NCBI GenBank assembly: GCA_041645555.1
Contig: JBAZPX010000001.1
Location: 204,731-268,730 of the forward strand
Source of the DNA: Patescibacteria group bacterium
GTDB lineage: Bacteria > Patescibacteriota > Patescibacteriia > Patescibacteriales > JAQTRU01
Direction of reading: 5' to 3'
Length of the DNA stretch: 64,000 nucleotides
In this document: positions 53,076 through 62,683 of the stretch, piece by piece
Layout of the letters: each line of letters begins with the position of its first letter
Numbering within the stretch: the first letter of the stretch is position 1
Notes under the pieces: generated by a model
What the model saw: only the letters and a program-made list of their open reading frames with translations
The model's database searches: none
What the model was told of the DNA's origin: nothing
Translations under genes and position numbers: made by a program

Positions 53076-54182
53076 ATGCGCGTAGCTTTAATTCATGACC
53101 ATCTAGCCCAAGACGGGGGCGCGGAAAAAGTTTTAAAAGTCCTGACGGAAATGTTTCCCGAGGCGCCGATTTATACCCTGCTTTACGAGAAGAAAAACGC
53201 CGACAAATATTTTAAGAACCGGCAGATAGAAACTTCTATTATTCAAAAGCTTCCGGGCGGGATAAAGCATTACCAGTGGTATATGCCGTTTATGCCTATG
53301 GCCGTAGAATTTTTTGATCTGCGGGAATATGATTTGGTGATTTCCGACACCAGCTCTTTTGCTAAAGGCGTCATTACTTCAACTGATACTCTTCATATTT
53401 GTTATTGCCATACTCCGACCCGTTATCTTTGGGATTATACCCATCAATACATAAACGAACTTAAATACAATAAATATTTAAAAAAAATAATTTCTCTGAT
53501 TTTAAATTACATCCGGGTGTGGGATAGAGAGGCGGCGGATCGGGTGGATACTTATGTTGCCAATTCCGAGACCATAAAAAAAAGAATTAAAAAATATTAC
53601 CGGCGGGAGGCAGCCGTAATTTATCCGCCGGTAGAGATTGAAAATTTTCATATTTCCGAAAGCCAGAAAGATTATTTTTTAATTGGCGGCCGGCTAGCCC
53701 CCTATAAACGGGTGGATATTGTGGTGGAAGCTTTTAAAAATTCAGGTAAAAAACTTAAAATTTTTGGGGACGGGGTTGATTTAGAAAGACTAAAAGAAAT
53801 AGCCGCTGGCAGTAAAAATATCGAATTTTTAGGCCGGGTCAATGATAAAGCTAAAGCGGAGTTATATAGCAATTGCCAGGCATTCTTAAATCCGCAGGAG
53901 GAAGATTTCGGCATTACCGTTGTCGAAGCCATGGCTTCCGGCCGGCCCATAATCGCTTTTCGCAAAGGCGGGGCCACTGAAACCGTGATTGAAGGAAAAA
54001 CCGGCATATTTTTTGACGAGCAGACGCCGGCGGCGGTCGCCGAAGCTGTGGAAAATTTTAGCGCTAAAGAGTGGCAGCCGGCTGAAATCCGCAGCCAAGC
54101 CGAGCGGTTTTCCGTGGAAAAATTTAAAAGAGAACTGGGAAGTTTTATCGAGGAGGAATACAGGAAGTTTAAAGAGAAATAG
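53076..54182 (+). CDS. Glycosyltransferase family 4
   Basis: EDFGITVVEAMASGRPIIAF motif. Located in the glycosylation gene block. Confidence 0.85.
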   Translation: MRVALIHDHLAQDGGAEKVLKVLTEMFPEAPIYTLLYEKKNADKYFKNRQIETSIIQKLPGGIKHYQWYMPFMPMAVEFFDLREYDLVISDTSSFAKGVITSTDTLHICYCHTPTRYLWDYTHQYINELKYNKYLKKIISLILNYIRVWDREAADRVDTYVANSETIKKRIKKYYRREAAVIYPPVEIENFHISESQKDYFLIGGRLAPYKRVDIVVEAFKNSGKKLKIFGDGVDLERLKEIAAGSKNIEFLGRVNDKAKAELYSNCQAFLNPQEEDFGITVVEAMASGRPIIAFRKGGATETVIEGKTGIFFDEQTPAAVAEAVENFSAKEWQPAEIRSQAERFSVEKFKRELGSFIEEEYRKFKEK

Positions 54183-54201
54183 GAAGGAGGCCCCTAAAAA
54201 T

Positions 54202-55356
54202 ATGAAAATCGGCATTGATATAAGAACTTTAATGGAAAAGGAATATAGCGGCGTGTCAGAGTACACGCTTAATTTAGTTAAGGCGATTTTAGAGCAAGAC
54301 AGGGAAAACGAATATAAATTATTTTATAATTCCGGCCGGAATATAAGCGGGAGAATGCCCGAATTCAAATATAAGAATGCGCAAGTAGTTAGTACTCACT
54401 ATCCCAATAAGATATTCAATTATTTAATGCAGAAAACTTTGCGGCAGCCGAAGGTTGACCAGCTGCTTGGCGTGGACGTTTTTTGGCTGCCAAACCTTAA
54501 TTTTATTTCCCTGTCCCCTAAAGCGAAAAAAATACTAACTGTGCACGACTTGTCTTTTCTCCGTTATCCCGATTTTTTTAGCTTGCGGAGAAATTTGTGG
54601 CATTATATAATTGACATTAAGAAACTGATAAGAGAGTCTGATGAGATTATAGCGGTTTCAGAAAATACAAAAAATGATATAATAGAGCTGGGAGAAATCA
54701 GCGAAAAGAAAGTGAAAACCATTTATTCCGGTGTCGCCGAAGAATTCGGGGTTATTGATAAAAATAACGAGGCCCTCCGGGAGGTTAAGGAAAAATATAA
54801 TTTGGCGGATAAATTTATTTTATTTTTGGGGACGCAAGAGCCGCGCAAGAATATTATCGGTTTGATAAAAGCTTATAATGAATTTAGGAAGAATCGGGCC
54901 GGCGGGAAGGAGGAGGTAGAATTGGTAATAGTCGGCGGTAAGGGCTGGAAAGAAAAGGGAGTCGTGAATGAGTGGAAGAAATCAAAATACCAAGGGGATA
55001 TAAAATTTTTAAATTATATTCCCCGCCAAGACAAAGTTTATCTTTATAATTTAGCCACAGTTTTCGTTTACCCCTCGTTTTATGAAGGATTTGGCTTGCC
55101 GCCCTTAGAAGCTATGGCCTGCGGGCTGCCGACCATAGTCGGTTTTTCTTCCAGTCTGCCGGAAGTGGCCGGCGGTGCGTCTTTGTTGGTTGATCCGTAT
55201 AAACCTCAAGAGATCGCTCAGGCGATAGAGAAAATTTTGTCAGACGGCAATCTTAAAAATAATTTAATAGAAAAGGGCAAGGCGAAAGCTTCAGAATTCA
55301 GCTGGCAGAAAGCGGCAGGGGAATATCTTGATGTTTTTAGAGAATTTTCAAAATAA
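54202..55356 (+). CDS. Glycosyltransferase family 4
   Basis: EGFGLPPLEAMACGLPTIV motif. The ATG at 54202 is preceded by AGGAAGGAGG. The upstream extension from 53989 overlaps the previous gene. Confidence 0.85.
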   Translation: MKIGIDIRTLMEKEYSGVSEYTLNLVKAILEQDRENEYKLFYNSGRNISGRMPEFKYKNAQVVSTHYPNKIFNYLMQKTLRQPKVDQLLGVDVFWLPNLNFISLSPKAKKILTVHDLSFLRYPDFFSLRRNLWHYIIDIKKLIRESDEIIAVSENTKNDIIELGEISEKKVKTIYSGVAEEFGVIDKNNEALREVKEKYNLADKFILFLGTQEPRKNIIGLIKAYNEFRKNRAGGKEEVELVIVGGKGWKEKGVVNEWKKSKYQGDIKFLNYIPRQDKVYLYNLATVFVYPSFYEGFGLPPLEAMACGLPTIVGFSSSLPEVAGGASLLVDPYKPQEIAQAIEKILSDGNLKNNLIEKGKAKASEFSWQKAAGEYLDVFREFSK

Positions 55357-55441
55357 TAAAATAACAAAATAATAAAATAATATAAAAAGTAGTAGAAGGT
55401 ATTCCCACTGAATTTTTAAATTATTTTATTATCTTATTTTT
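55354..55441. repeat. Intergenic word palindrome (aataaaataa words)
   Basis: aataaaataacaaaataataaaataatataaaaag faces tttttaaattattttattatcttattttt. A related string lies at 37243-37275. Confidence 0.75.
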
Positions 55442-55447
55442 AAAGTT

Positions 55448-57904
55448 ATGACCGGACTAAAAAATTTGATATCGCTAGGGCGGGCGGGCAAGAAGACGGA
55501 AGGAAAACCGGCAACTAGATTTCTGGATTTTATTATTATCAGTTTAATTGTCCTGACGTTTTTCCTCTGCCCCTTATTTTTCTCCGGCCAGGCGCTGTCG
55601 GGCTTGGGTTTTGAGAAAATAATGTTATTTTATTTTCTTGTTCTCATCGCTATTGTTGCCTGGGTAACGAAGGGGGTTTTAGACGGGGAGTTAGAGCTAA
55701 AAAGGACGCCGCTTGACTGGCCGATTTTACTTCTAGTGGGGGTTTTTATCATAGCCACAATCCTTTCTATAAGCCCGAAAGACAGTTTAATAGGCACTTA
55801 TACAAATTTAACAAAGGGGCTGGCGGCAGTAATTATTTTTTCCTTGTTCTATTATTTAGTCTCAAATAATATCAGTCCAAAGAGGATAAAGGTAATATTT
55901 TGGTCGTTAATCATTTCTTCCTCTCTTGTGACTTTTTATTCTCTGTTTCAGCTACTGGGGTTTTTTGTCCTGTCCCTGCCTTTCACGCAGACGATCAATT
56001 TTAATCCCCTTGGCTCTTCGTCTGGTCTGACAATGTTTCTCGTTTCGTGCCTTCCTTTTTTCATCATAATAGCTTGCCAGATAAGGGAGATTCATCCTCG
56101 CCTGAATAAGGCAGCCGCGGCCTTCATAAAAATCCTGATTATTTTAACGGCCCTGGCGAATTTAACTATTTTAGTCCTTCTTAACGGGTTTACTTTCTGG
56201 CCGGCCGCTTTAGTGGGGGTAGTAATTATTTTGATGTTTTTTTTGGCCAAAATCATATCTGTGGCAAGCAGTAACTTAATTATCCCCCTGGCCGCTTTTC
56301 TCCTTATTATTATTTTTTTAGTTTTAGGCAATTTTAATGTAAAGAGTCTGGATCTGCCGGCAGAAGTGAGCCTTTCCCGCAGCGCTTCCTGGGATATTGC
56401 CAAGAATAGCTTAAAGGCAAACCCGATATTCGGTTCCGGGCCAGCCACTTTTTATTATAGTTTTTCCAAGTTTAAGGGAATTGATTTTAACGCTTCGCCT
56501 TTGTGGAATGCCCGTTTTAATAGCGGCAGTGGAATCATTTTCGAATTGCTGGCTGGTATTGGTGTAGTCGGGGCTTTGGTTTTCATAGTGGTCGGCTTAA
56601 TAGCGCTGTCTATTTGTTTTCTTACGCTCCTCAAAATGACCGACAAAGAGCTCCAACCCATCATTCTAGCTCTATTCTCCAGTTTTATAGTAATAATTAT
56701 TTTTGCCCTGCTTTTTTCCTTAAATAGCAGCCTGATATTATGGTCGGTTCTGGTTTCCTGTCTGATGGTCTCTTCCGCTATTCGGCTCTATCCGGAAAAA
56801 TTTAAGTCCCTGAAACTTTCCTTCCGGTCTTCGCCTAAGTACGCCTTAGCTTTAGCGGCTATATTTTTATGCGTAAGCGCTGGCGTGGTTGTTCTTTTTA
56901 CTATGGGAATGAAAATGTATTTGGCTGATGCCCATGCCAAGAAATCTTTGGCGATTGAAGATGCTAACGGCAAAATTGTCGAGCTAAGAAAGGCGGTAAC
57001 TTTATTCCCTTATGAAGATAGTTATTATATGGAATTAGCCAGTAATTATATGATCTTGGCCAACCAAGAGGTTAGCGGCGGCGGGGACCAGGTAAAAATT
57101 GAAAATAACTTAAGCCAGGCGATTGAGATGGGCAAAAAAGCCGTTGAGATTTCTCCTAATAAGGCGGCCGCCAATGAATCTTTGGCCCTGATATATGAAA
57201 ATGCCAGTTTTTATACAAGAGGCGCTTTAGAATGGGCGGAAAACCTTTATAACAAGGTGCAGGAACTGGAACCGGATAATCCAACGCCATTTTTGCGCCT
57301 GGCTTTGATAAACATGGCCCGGTCTAACGCCCTAGAGGATAAAACTGAAAAAGAGTATTATATTAATGAAGCTATAAAAAAATATGATGAGGCCATAGGA
57401 AAGAAAAGCGATTTAGCTCCGGCTTATTACGGTAAAGCTGTTGCTTATGAGAAATTAGGCGATAACGATGAGGCGATTGAACAGCTTAAGAAAGCCGTAA
57501 TTTTAGTCAAAGACAACATAGATTATCGTTTTGAATTAGGCAGATTATATTTTAACCGCGGCGTTTCCCAACTTGACCTATCGCAAAGCGCCACTAAAGA
57601 ATTAACCGAAGAAGAAATAACTAGTGGCGAGGAGGGGGGCGAGGAATTGAGCGTGGAGTCAAGCCAGCCAGCCGGAGCAGTTATTAGCCCCAATGATGAT
57701 TTGATTTTGGCTGAGCAAATTTTTTACAGCGTCTATCAATTAAATCCGAAACATGCCAATGCCCTGTATAGTCTAGCTCTTCTTTATCAGAAATTAGGCG
57801 AGAACGATAAAGCCAGGACGGCGGTCGGGGCTTTACTCCCCGTAATAGCCGATGATACCAAAGCTGTCCAAGCGGTCCAGCAGCAATTTCCGGGGCTATA
57901 TTAA
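55448..57904 (+). CDS. Polytopic membrane protein (O-antigen ligase/Wzy-like) with C-terminal TPR repeats
   Basis: Paralog of the 28287 CDS (shared KRTPLD.PIL block, many TM helices, TPR tail). Confidence 0.7.
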   Translation: MTGLKNLISLGRAGKKTEGKPATRFLDFIIISLIVLTFFLCPLFFSGQALSGLGFEKIMLFYFLVLIAIVAWVTKGVLDGELELKRTPLDWPILLLVGVFIIATILSISPKDSLIGTYTNLTKGLAAVIIFSLFYYLVSNNISPKRIKVIFWSLIISSSLVTFYSLFQLLGFFVLSLPFTQTINFNPLGSSSGLTMFLVSCLPFFIIIACQIREIHPRLNKAAAAFIKILIILTALANLTILVLLNGFTFWPAALVGVVIILMFFLAKIISVASSNLIIPLAAFLLIIIFLVLGNFNVKSLDLPAEVSLSRSASWDIAKNSLKANPIFGSGPATFYYSFSKFKGIDFNASPLWNARFNSGSGIIFELLAGIGVVGALVFIVVGLIALSICFLTLLKMTDKELQPIILALFSSFIVIIIFALLFSLNSSLILWSVLVSCLMVSSAIRLYPEKFKSLKLSFRSSPKYALALAAIFLCVSAGVVVLFTMGMKMYLADAHAKKSLAIEDANGKIVELRKAVTLFPYEDSYYMELASNYMILANQEVSGGGDQVKIENNLSQAIEMGKKAVEISPNKAAANESLALIYENASFYTRGALEWAENLYNKVQELEPDNPTPFLRLALINMARSNALEDKTEKEYYINEAIKKYDEAIGKKSDLAPAYYGKAVAYEKLGDNDEAIEQLKKAVILVKDNIDYRFELGRLYFNRGVSQLDLSQSATKELTEEEITSGEEGGEELSVESSQPAGAVISPNDDLILAEQIFYSVYQLNPKHANALYSLALLYQKLGENDKARTAVGALLPVIADDTKAVQAVQQQFPGLY

Positions 57905-58024
57905 GTGATAGATTTTAGTAATTAGGTTTTAGATATTAGTCAATAATAAAAGGCGTTTTAATTATAAAGAACGTCTTTTATTATTGGAGTTGATGAAAGA
58001 GATAAATACGGATATAATTCAATT

Positions 58025-59278
58025 ATGGCTGAAACAAAAAACAAAAAAATTATTATGGCGATGTCCCCGCGCAAATCCCTTCGGGATTCTGCGGGGCAAG
58101 CTGGCGGCAATAAAAAAAAGCACATAATTATAGCGATGTCGGGCGGAGTTGATTCTTCGGTGGCTGCAAAATTATTAAAGGACCAGGGGCATGACCTTTT
58201 GGGAATCTTTTTGCATTTCTGGAAGGATGAAAATAATCCCCCTAACCCCCTTTATCAAGGGGGTGCGGCAGAGAATAAATGCTGTTCGCTTGAAGCTTTA
58301 ATGGACGCCAGACGGGTTTGCTCCAATATCGGCATACCTTTCTATACCCTGAATTTCAGCAGTATTTTTAAAAAAGAGGTGGTCGATGACTTTCTTGATG
58401 AATATAAAAAGGGCAATACTCCTAATCCCTGTATCCGTTGCAACAAATTGGTTAAGCTGGGTTTGCTTGTCGAGCGAGCGAAAAAATTAGGGTTTGACTA
58501 TGTGGCCAGCGGCCACTATGTGAAAAACCAAAAACCAAAAACCAAAAACCAAAAATATAAATTATATAGAGCGAAAGATAAGAACAAAGACCAATCATAT
58601 TTTTTATACACTCTGACGCAAGAGCAATTGGAACATCTGCTTTTCCCTTTGGGGAATTATATAAAAGAGGGGGTGAGAAAAATAGCCGGAGCTTCCGGTC
58701 TGCCGGTGGCAGCGAAAAAAGAAAGCCAGGAAATTTGTTTTATTTCCGGCAAAAGCCACAATGATTTTTTAAAAAGATATCTTAAATTAAAACCGGGGCC
58801 AATAAAACTATTACCTCACCCTGGCCCTCTCCTAATTAGGAGAGGGGAGGAGCTCCGCCAGCCGGCGGAGCGAAGGGGTGAGGTAATTGGTAAGCACCAG
58901 GGTCTGCCTCTTTATACCATCGGCCAAAGGAAGGGAGTGGAGATCGGAGGTGTCGGCCCGTTTTATGTAGCTAAATGCGATTATAAAAGCAATACTTTGT
59001 ATGTGGTGAAGGACGGCGATGACCCGGCTCTGTATGATAGTAAACTAATAGCCGGCAATGTCAACTGGATAGCCGGGCAAGAGCCAAAAATACCTCTTAC
59101 CTGCGAAGCGGTAATCAGATATAGGCACAAACCCACGAAGTGTAAAGTTACAAAGTCAAAAGTTAAAAGTAGTTATATAGTAAAATTTAAAAAGCCGCAG
59201 AGGGCGATTACGCCTGGGCAAAGCGTAGTTTTTTATAAGAAAGATGAGGTTTTGGGCGGCGGGGTTATTAGTCCTTAG
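58025..59278 (+). CDS. mnmA: tRNA 2-thiouridine(34) synthase MnmA, carrying several in-frame insertions
   Basis: PP-loop AMSGGVDSS, NPCIRCN, SGHYV, KDQSYFLY, QEICF, HQGLPLYTIGQRKG and C-terminal ITPGQSVVFY all align with E. coli MnmA. Confidence 0.9.
   Translation: MAETKNKKIIMAMSPRKSLRDSAGQAGGNKKKHIIIAMSGGVDSSVAAKLLKDQGHDLLGIFLHFWKDENNPPNPLYQGGAAENKCCSLEALMDARRVCSNIGIPFYTLNFSSIFKKEVVDDFLDEYKKGNTPNPCIRCNKLVKLGLLVERAKKLGFDYVASGHYVKNQKPKTKNQKYKLYRAKDKNKDQSYFLYTLTQEQLEHLLFPLGNYIKEGVRKIAGASGLPVAAKKESQEICFISGKSHNDFLKRYLKLKPGPIKLLPHPGPLLIRRGEELRQPAERRGEVIGKHQGLPLYTIGQRKGVEIGGVGPFYVAKCDYKSNTLYVVKDGDDPALYDSKLIAGNVNWIAGQEPKIPLTCEAVIRYRHKPTKCKVTKSKVKSSYIVKFKKPQRAITPGQSVVFYKKDEVLGGGVISP
58810..58887 (+). 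repeat. 78-nt element bounded by perfect 12-nt inverted repeats, in frame inside mnmA
   Basis: attacctcaccc ... gggtgaggtaat, with internal hairpin gccctctcctaattaggagagggg. It replaces ~5 residues of the E. coli alignment with 26 residues. Confidence 0.75.
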
Positions 59279-59344
59279 GTGTTAGCTTTTAGCTTCTAGA
59301 GCGGTATTTTGTATCTCTATTGTTTTATGGTATAATATTATTAT

Positions 59345-59442
59345 TAAGATTCTTAAGACTCTTGGGATATTTATGATTTTTGAGAAACTCGGAACTTTGA
59401 AATCCTAAGAATCTTAAGAATCGCGATAATCCTAAAAATCTC
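59345..59442. repeat. Period-9 word palindrome between an extended -10 element (59327-59335) and the first Cys-rich paralog
   Basis: aagattcttaagactcttgggat ... aaatcctaagaatcttaagaatcgcgataatcc. TGGTATAAT lies just upstream, so the palindrome is probably in the 5' UTR. Confidence 0.8.
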
Positions 59443-59457
59443 AAATAAAAATTCCCC

Positions 59458-61008
59458 ATGCTTCCAAAAAAATTCTCTCTACTTCTAATCTTCTCTATTA
59501 TCCTAACCCTAGGCCTATCCATATCCCTGGGTTCTCTTTTGGCGGCCTGGACGGCCCCGGCTTCTAGTCCTCCGGAAGGTAATATTGCCGCCCCGATTAA
59601 TACGGGCGCGACTTTACAAGCAAAACAAGTCGGTTTGTGGCTTAACTATTTACCATTGGATGAGGGTGGTAGCGCCAACGGTTTACTTGTCCAATATGGC
59701 AATGTCGGCATTGGCACAACCACCCCCCAAGCTAAATTAGAAGTGGTAGGCAATATTATTGCTGATGCCCCAACGGCCAGTAATGAAGTAGCGACAAAAG
59801 GATATGTGGACGCATCGGGAGGCAGCGCCGGTCTTGATCAATATTATGAATCCTGGTGCGCGGCTCACCAAGGCCAGAAATGCGCGCGAAGCGGAACTAT
59901 GGATTATAAATGTATGGGTGATTTCTGCACTAAAGCCGGTATTTCCAATGATATGGATGAAGATGGAGTTACGGGAGCGACTGATTGCAATGACAGTCCT
60001 GGGAGTGGCTCGACCATCGGCGCGGCGGCTGACGGCACTTGCGATGGTGACGCGGATGGCAAAATTGACGTATCCGCCTATCTCACTACTCCCAAGCCGG
60101 CCGAGGCTGATTGTTACGACAGTAATCCGGCCAAATATTCTTGTTTGAGCAATGGCACGACTTGCAGCAGCGGAATTTATTGCGCTTCCACTTATTGCGT
60201 AGATGGATATTGTTGCGAGAGCACCTGCACCGGCCAGACTTGTCAGACTTGCGGAATCTATTCCAGCGCCGGAGCTGGTAAGTGCGGTTATGTAAATAAT
60301 TCTTTGCAAGATCCGCATAATAACTGCAGCCAAGGCTCAACGGCCAGTGATGGGTGCAGTTCTAATAATTGCAGCGGTACTGGCTATTCTTGCGGCACGC
60401 CGCAAACTTCAGGATATGGCGGTTGCCCAACATGTGGATATTGTAATGGCGCGAGCATTGCTTGCACGGCTTATATTAATGGTTTTTATGACTCCAGGTT
60501 GCAGGGATGCAAAACCTGTAATGGAACCATAGGAGGTTTTAATACTATGCCCGATACTAATTGGGGCGCTAACCAATATAACTGTGCTGGTTCCTCTTCC
60601 CGTTGCGTTTCCGGAAATTGCCGGGCTTGTGACGGTTATCTTTATAGCGATGGTTGCAATGGTTGTGCGGGCCAGGGCGGACAAGCCTGTTGGCGCGCTA
60701 TAATGCAAGGATCATGCGATGATAGTTGTAATAACTATGGCGGCTGTATCGCGGGAGGATGGAATGATGATGCTAGCTGTTCAGTTTGCAAGCACATAGA
60801 ACCCGCTGCTACAGAATGTATAACTCATCAGTATGATTTTTTCCCTGCCAATTATTATTATAATTTTAGTTACGGTTCCAGCACTAAATACTGCTATCGA
60901 AGGGATACTGCCCAGACTCCCAATATTAATTGTAGTCTTTCCGTAAGCCCTTATTGTTCCGGAGCGGGGTGCAGTGGATACATAAGGTTATGTGTGTGTA
61001 AGTGGTAA
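59458..61008 (+). CDS. Membrane-anchored cysteine-rich surface protein, paralog 1
   Basis: Signal anchor LLLIFSIILTLGLSISLGSLLAAW, then the conserved block TAPASSPPEGNIAAPIN...GNVGIGTTTPQAKLEVVGN, then a Cys-rich C-terminus. Confidence 0.85.
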   Translation: MLPKKFSLLLIFSIILTLGLSISLGSLLAAWTAPASSPPEGNIAAPINTGATLQAKQVGLWLNYLPLDEGGSANGLLVQYGNVGIGTTTPQAKLEVVGNIIADAPTASNEVATKGYVDASGGSAGLDQYYESWCAAHQGQKCARSGTMDYKCMGDFCTKAGISNDMDEDGVTGATDCNDSPGSGSTIGAAADGTCDGDADGKIDVSAYLTTPKPAEADCYDSNPAKYSCLSNGTTCSSGIYCASTYCVDGYCCESTCTGQTCQTCGIYSSAGAGKCGYVNNSLQDPHNNCSQGSTASDGCSSNNCSGTGYSCGTPQTSGYGGCPTCGYCNGASIACTAYINGFYDSRLQGCKTCNGTIGGFNTMPDTNWGANQYNCAGSSSRCVSGNCRACDGYLYSDGCNGCAGQGGQACWRAIMQGSCDDSCNNYGGCIAGGWNDDASCSVCKHIEPAATECITHQYDFFPANYYYNFSYGSSTKYCYRRDTAQTPNINCSLSVSPYCSGAGCSGYIRLCVCKW

Positions 61009-61032
61009 GTTTATTATAAATATTACATAAAA

Positions 61033-62619
61033 ATGCTTCCAAAAAAATTCTCTCTACTTCTAATATTCTCCATTATTCTCACTCTGGGATTATCCATATC
61101 TCTAGGTTCTCTTCTAGCGGCCTGGACCGCTCCGGCTTCTAGTCCTCCGGAAGGTAATATTGCCGCTCCGATAAACACGGGTGCGACTTTACAAGCGAAA
61201 CAAGTCGGTTTATGGCTTAACTATTTACCATTAGATGAGGGTGGTAGCGCCAACGGTTTACTTGTCCAATATGGCAATGTCGGCATTGGCACAACCACCC
61301 CCCAAGCAAAATTAGAAGTAGTAGGCAATATTATTGCTGATGCTCCGACGGCCGGCAACCACTTAGCGACTAAGGCTTATGTGGATGCGGCCGGAGGCGC
61401 TGGAGGTGAATATGTGCAGGGAAATGCGGTTTATTTTACTTCTGGCGGTAATAATTATTATTGCTCCCAACGTTCCGTAAGTTCAAGCGGGGTGGTTACC
61501 ATAAGCAACGTAAACGAGGGGCAGCCTTGTGATATCAATAAGGTGTGTAATTCTGGGCGATGCTCATCTCTCGGTGAATTCGCTACGGCCTGCACTACCA
61601 GTTCCCAATGTTCTTCCGGTTATTGTGTGGATGGATATTGTTGCGATAGCGCTTGCAGCAGCGTTTGCCGGGCCTGTAATGTTTTTGGCAGTTCCGGCAT
61701 TTGTACCAGTATCCCGGTTGGCACAGATCCGGCTAGTGAATGTTCTTTGGTTACCTGTACTAATTATATATATGGCGGGACAAACCCTTCATGCTATAAA
61801 TATGCTAGTGCCAACTCTAACAATGGTATGTGCAACGGAGCTGGTGCTTGTTATACTTCATCGGCTGATTCCTGCACCGGTCAAGGGGGAGCGACTATAA
61901 CTTGCGGTAACACTGGCTGCTGGAAAGCCTGTGTGGCTGATGCCTTAGCGACTTCTTTTGATAATTATAGTGAAGTTTGCCATACCTCCGGTACTCAAAA
62001 TTGCACTAGCGGTCTTGTCTGCGATGCTACTGGCGCCTGTAAATCAGGGGCCGGAGCGGTTTGCACAGCTGATAGCCAGTGTGGTAGTGGCTATTTATGC
62101 GGTGTTGATGCCGATGGCGATAGATATTTAACTAGTGCCACAACCGGTACTTGTGTTTTGGGGACAGCCCATATTGATTGCTGCGACTCCGATTCCGGAG
62201 TACATCCGGGTACTGGGATTAGAAGCACTGCAAGTGCATGCGGTGGATGGGACTTAGATTGCAATGGATCAGTGCAAAAAGATTCTTCGTGTAAGACATG
62301 TACGTCTTGTTCCTTGTGTGGCACCTCTCGTTCGGCTTCATCTGTAGGACAATCCTGTGTGAGTTGCACGGGAGCATCTACTGTTTATGATGGGTGGTCT
62401 CATACTTGCGGCGTTTCAGCCAATTGCGGACAAACTTTCACTCAAAGGGGTTGCAGGCCCAAGGCCGTGAGTTGCCCCACTTGTTATAGTGATTGGCAAC
62501 CTTGGGGTTGTTATCTTCATGATGCAACCGGTTGTGATGTTTGGGGGCCAACCTTTGGAATTTATTTTTGGCAAAATGATTTATGCGATATTGGAGCTCA
62601 AACTTGCGGATGTAATTAG
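61033..62619 (+). CDS. Membrane-anchored cysteine-rich surface protein, paralog 2
   Basis: The first ~112 aa are identical to paralog 1. The Cys-rich C-terminus is different. Confidence 0.85.
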   Translation: MLPKKFSLLLIFSIILTLGLSISLGSLLAAWTAPASSPPEGNIAAPINTGATLQAKQVGLWLNYLPLDEGGSANGLLVQYGNVGIGTTTPQAKLEVVGNIIADAPTAGNHLATKAYVDAAGGAGGEYVQGNAVYFTSGGNNYYCSQRSVSSSGVVTISNVNEGQPCDINKVCNSGRCSSLGEFATACTTSSQCSSGYCVDGYCCDSACSSVCRACNVFGSSGICTSIPVGTDPASECSLVTCTNYIYGGTNPSCYKYASANSNNGMCNGAGACYTSSADSCTGQGGATITCGNTGCWKACVADALATSFDNYSEVCHTSGTQNCTSGLVCDATGACKSGAGAVCTADSQCGSGYLCGVDADGDRYLTSATTGTCVLGTAHIDCCDSDSGVHPGTGIRSTASACGGWDLDCNGSVQKDSSCKTCTSCSLCGTSRSASSVGQSCVSCTGASTVYDGWSHTCGVSANCGQTFTQRGCRPKAVSCPTCYSDWQPWGCYLHDATGCDVWGPTFGIYFWQNDLCDIGAQTCGCN

Positions 62620-62683
62620 CATTTATTTTTTAAAGGGCAGAGTATTTAGGGTATGATAAGTTTATTATAAATATTACATAAAA

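Noticed and set aside
53989-54201. Upstream extension of the second GT4 gene; likewise 10773-10856, 34981-35037, 4751-4780, 6272-6286 and 40971-40982
   Set aside because: The extensions overlap the previous gene, a terminator, a promoter or a word array, and they use non-ATG starts. An internal ATG with a better RBS or a conserved N-terminus is preferred.
59737-60333. 198-aa antisense ORF; similar antisense or off-frame ORFs lie at 59804-60148, 60086-60340, 60409-60708, 61529-61900, 62091-62369 and 63056-63286
   Set aside because: They overlap the well-supported Cys-rich paralog genes. They arise because these regions are poor in stop codons on the other frames. They lack start signals and any coherent protein features.
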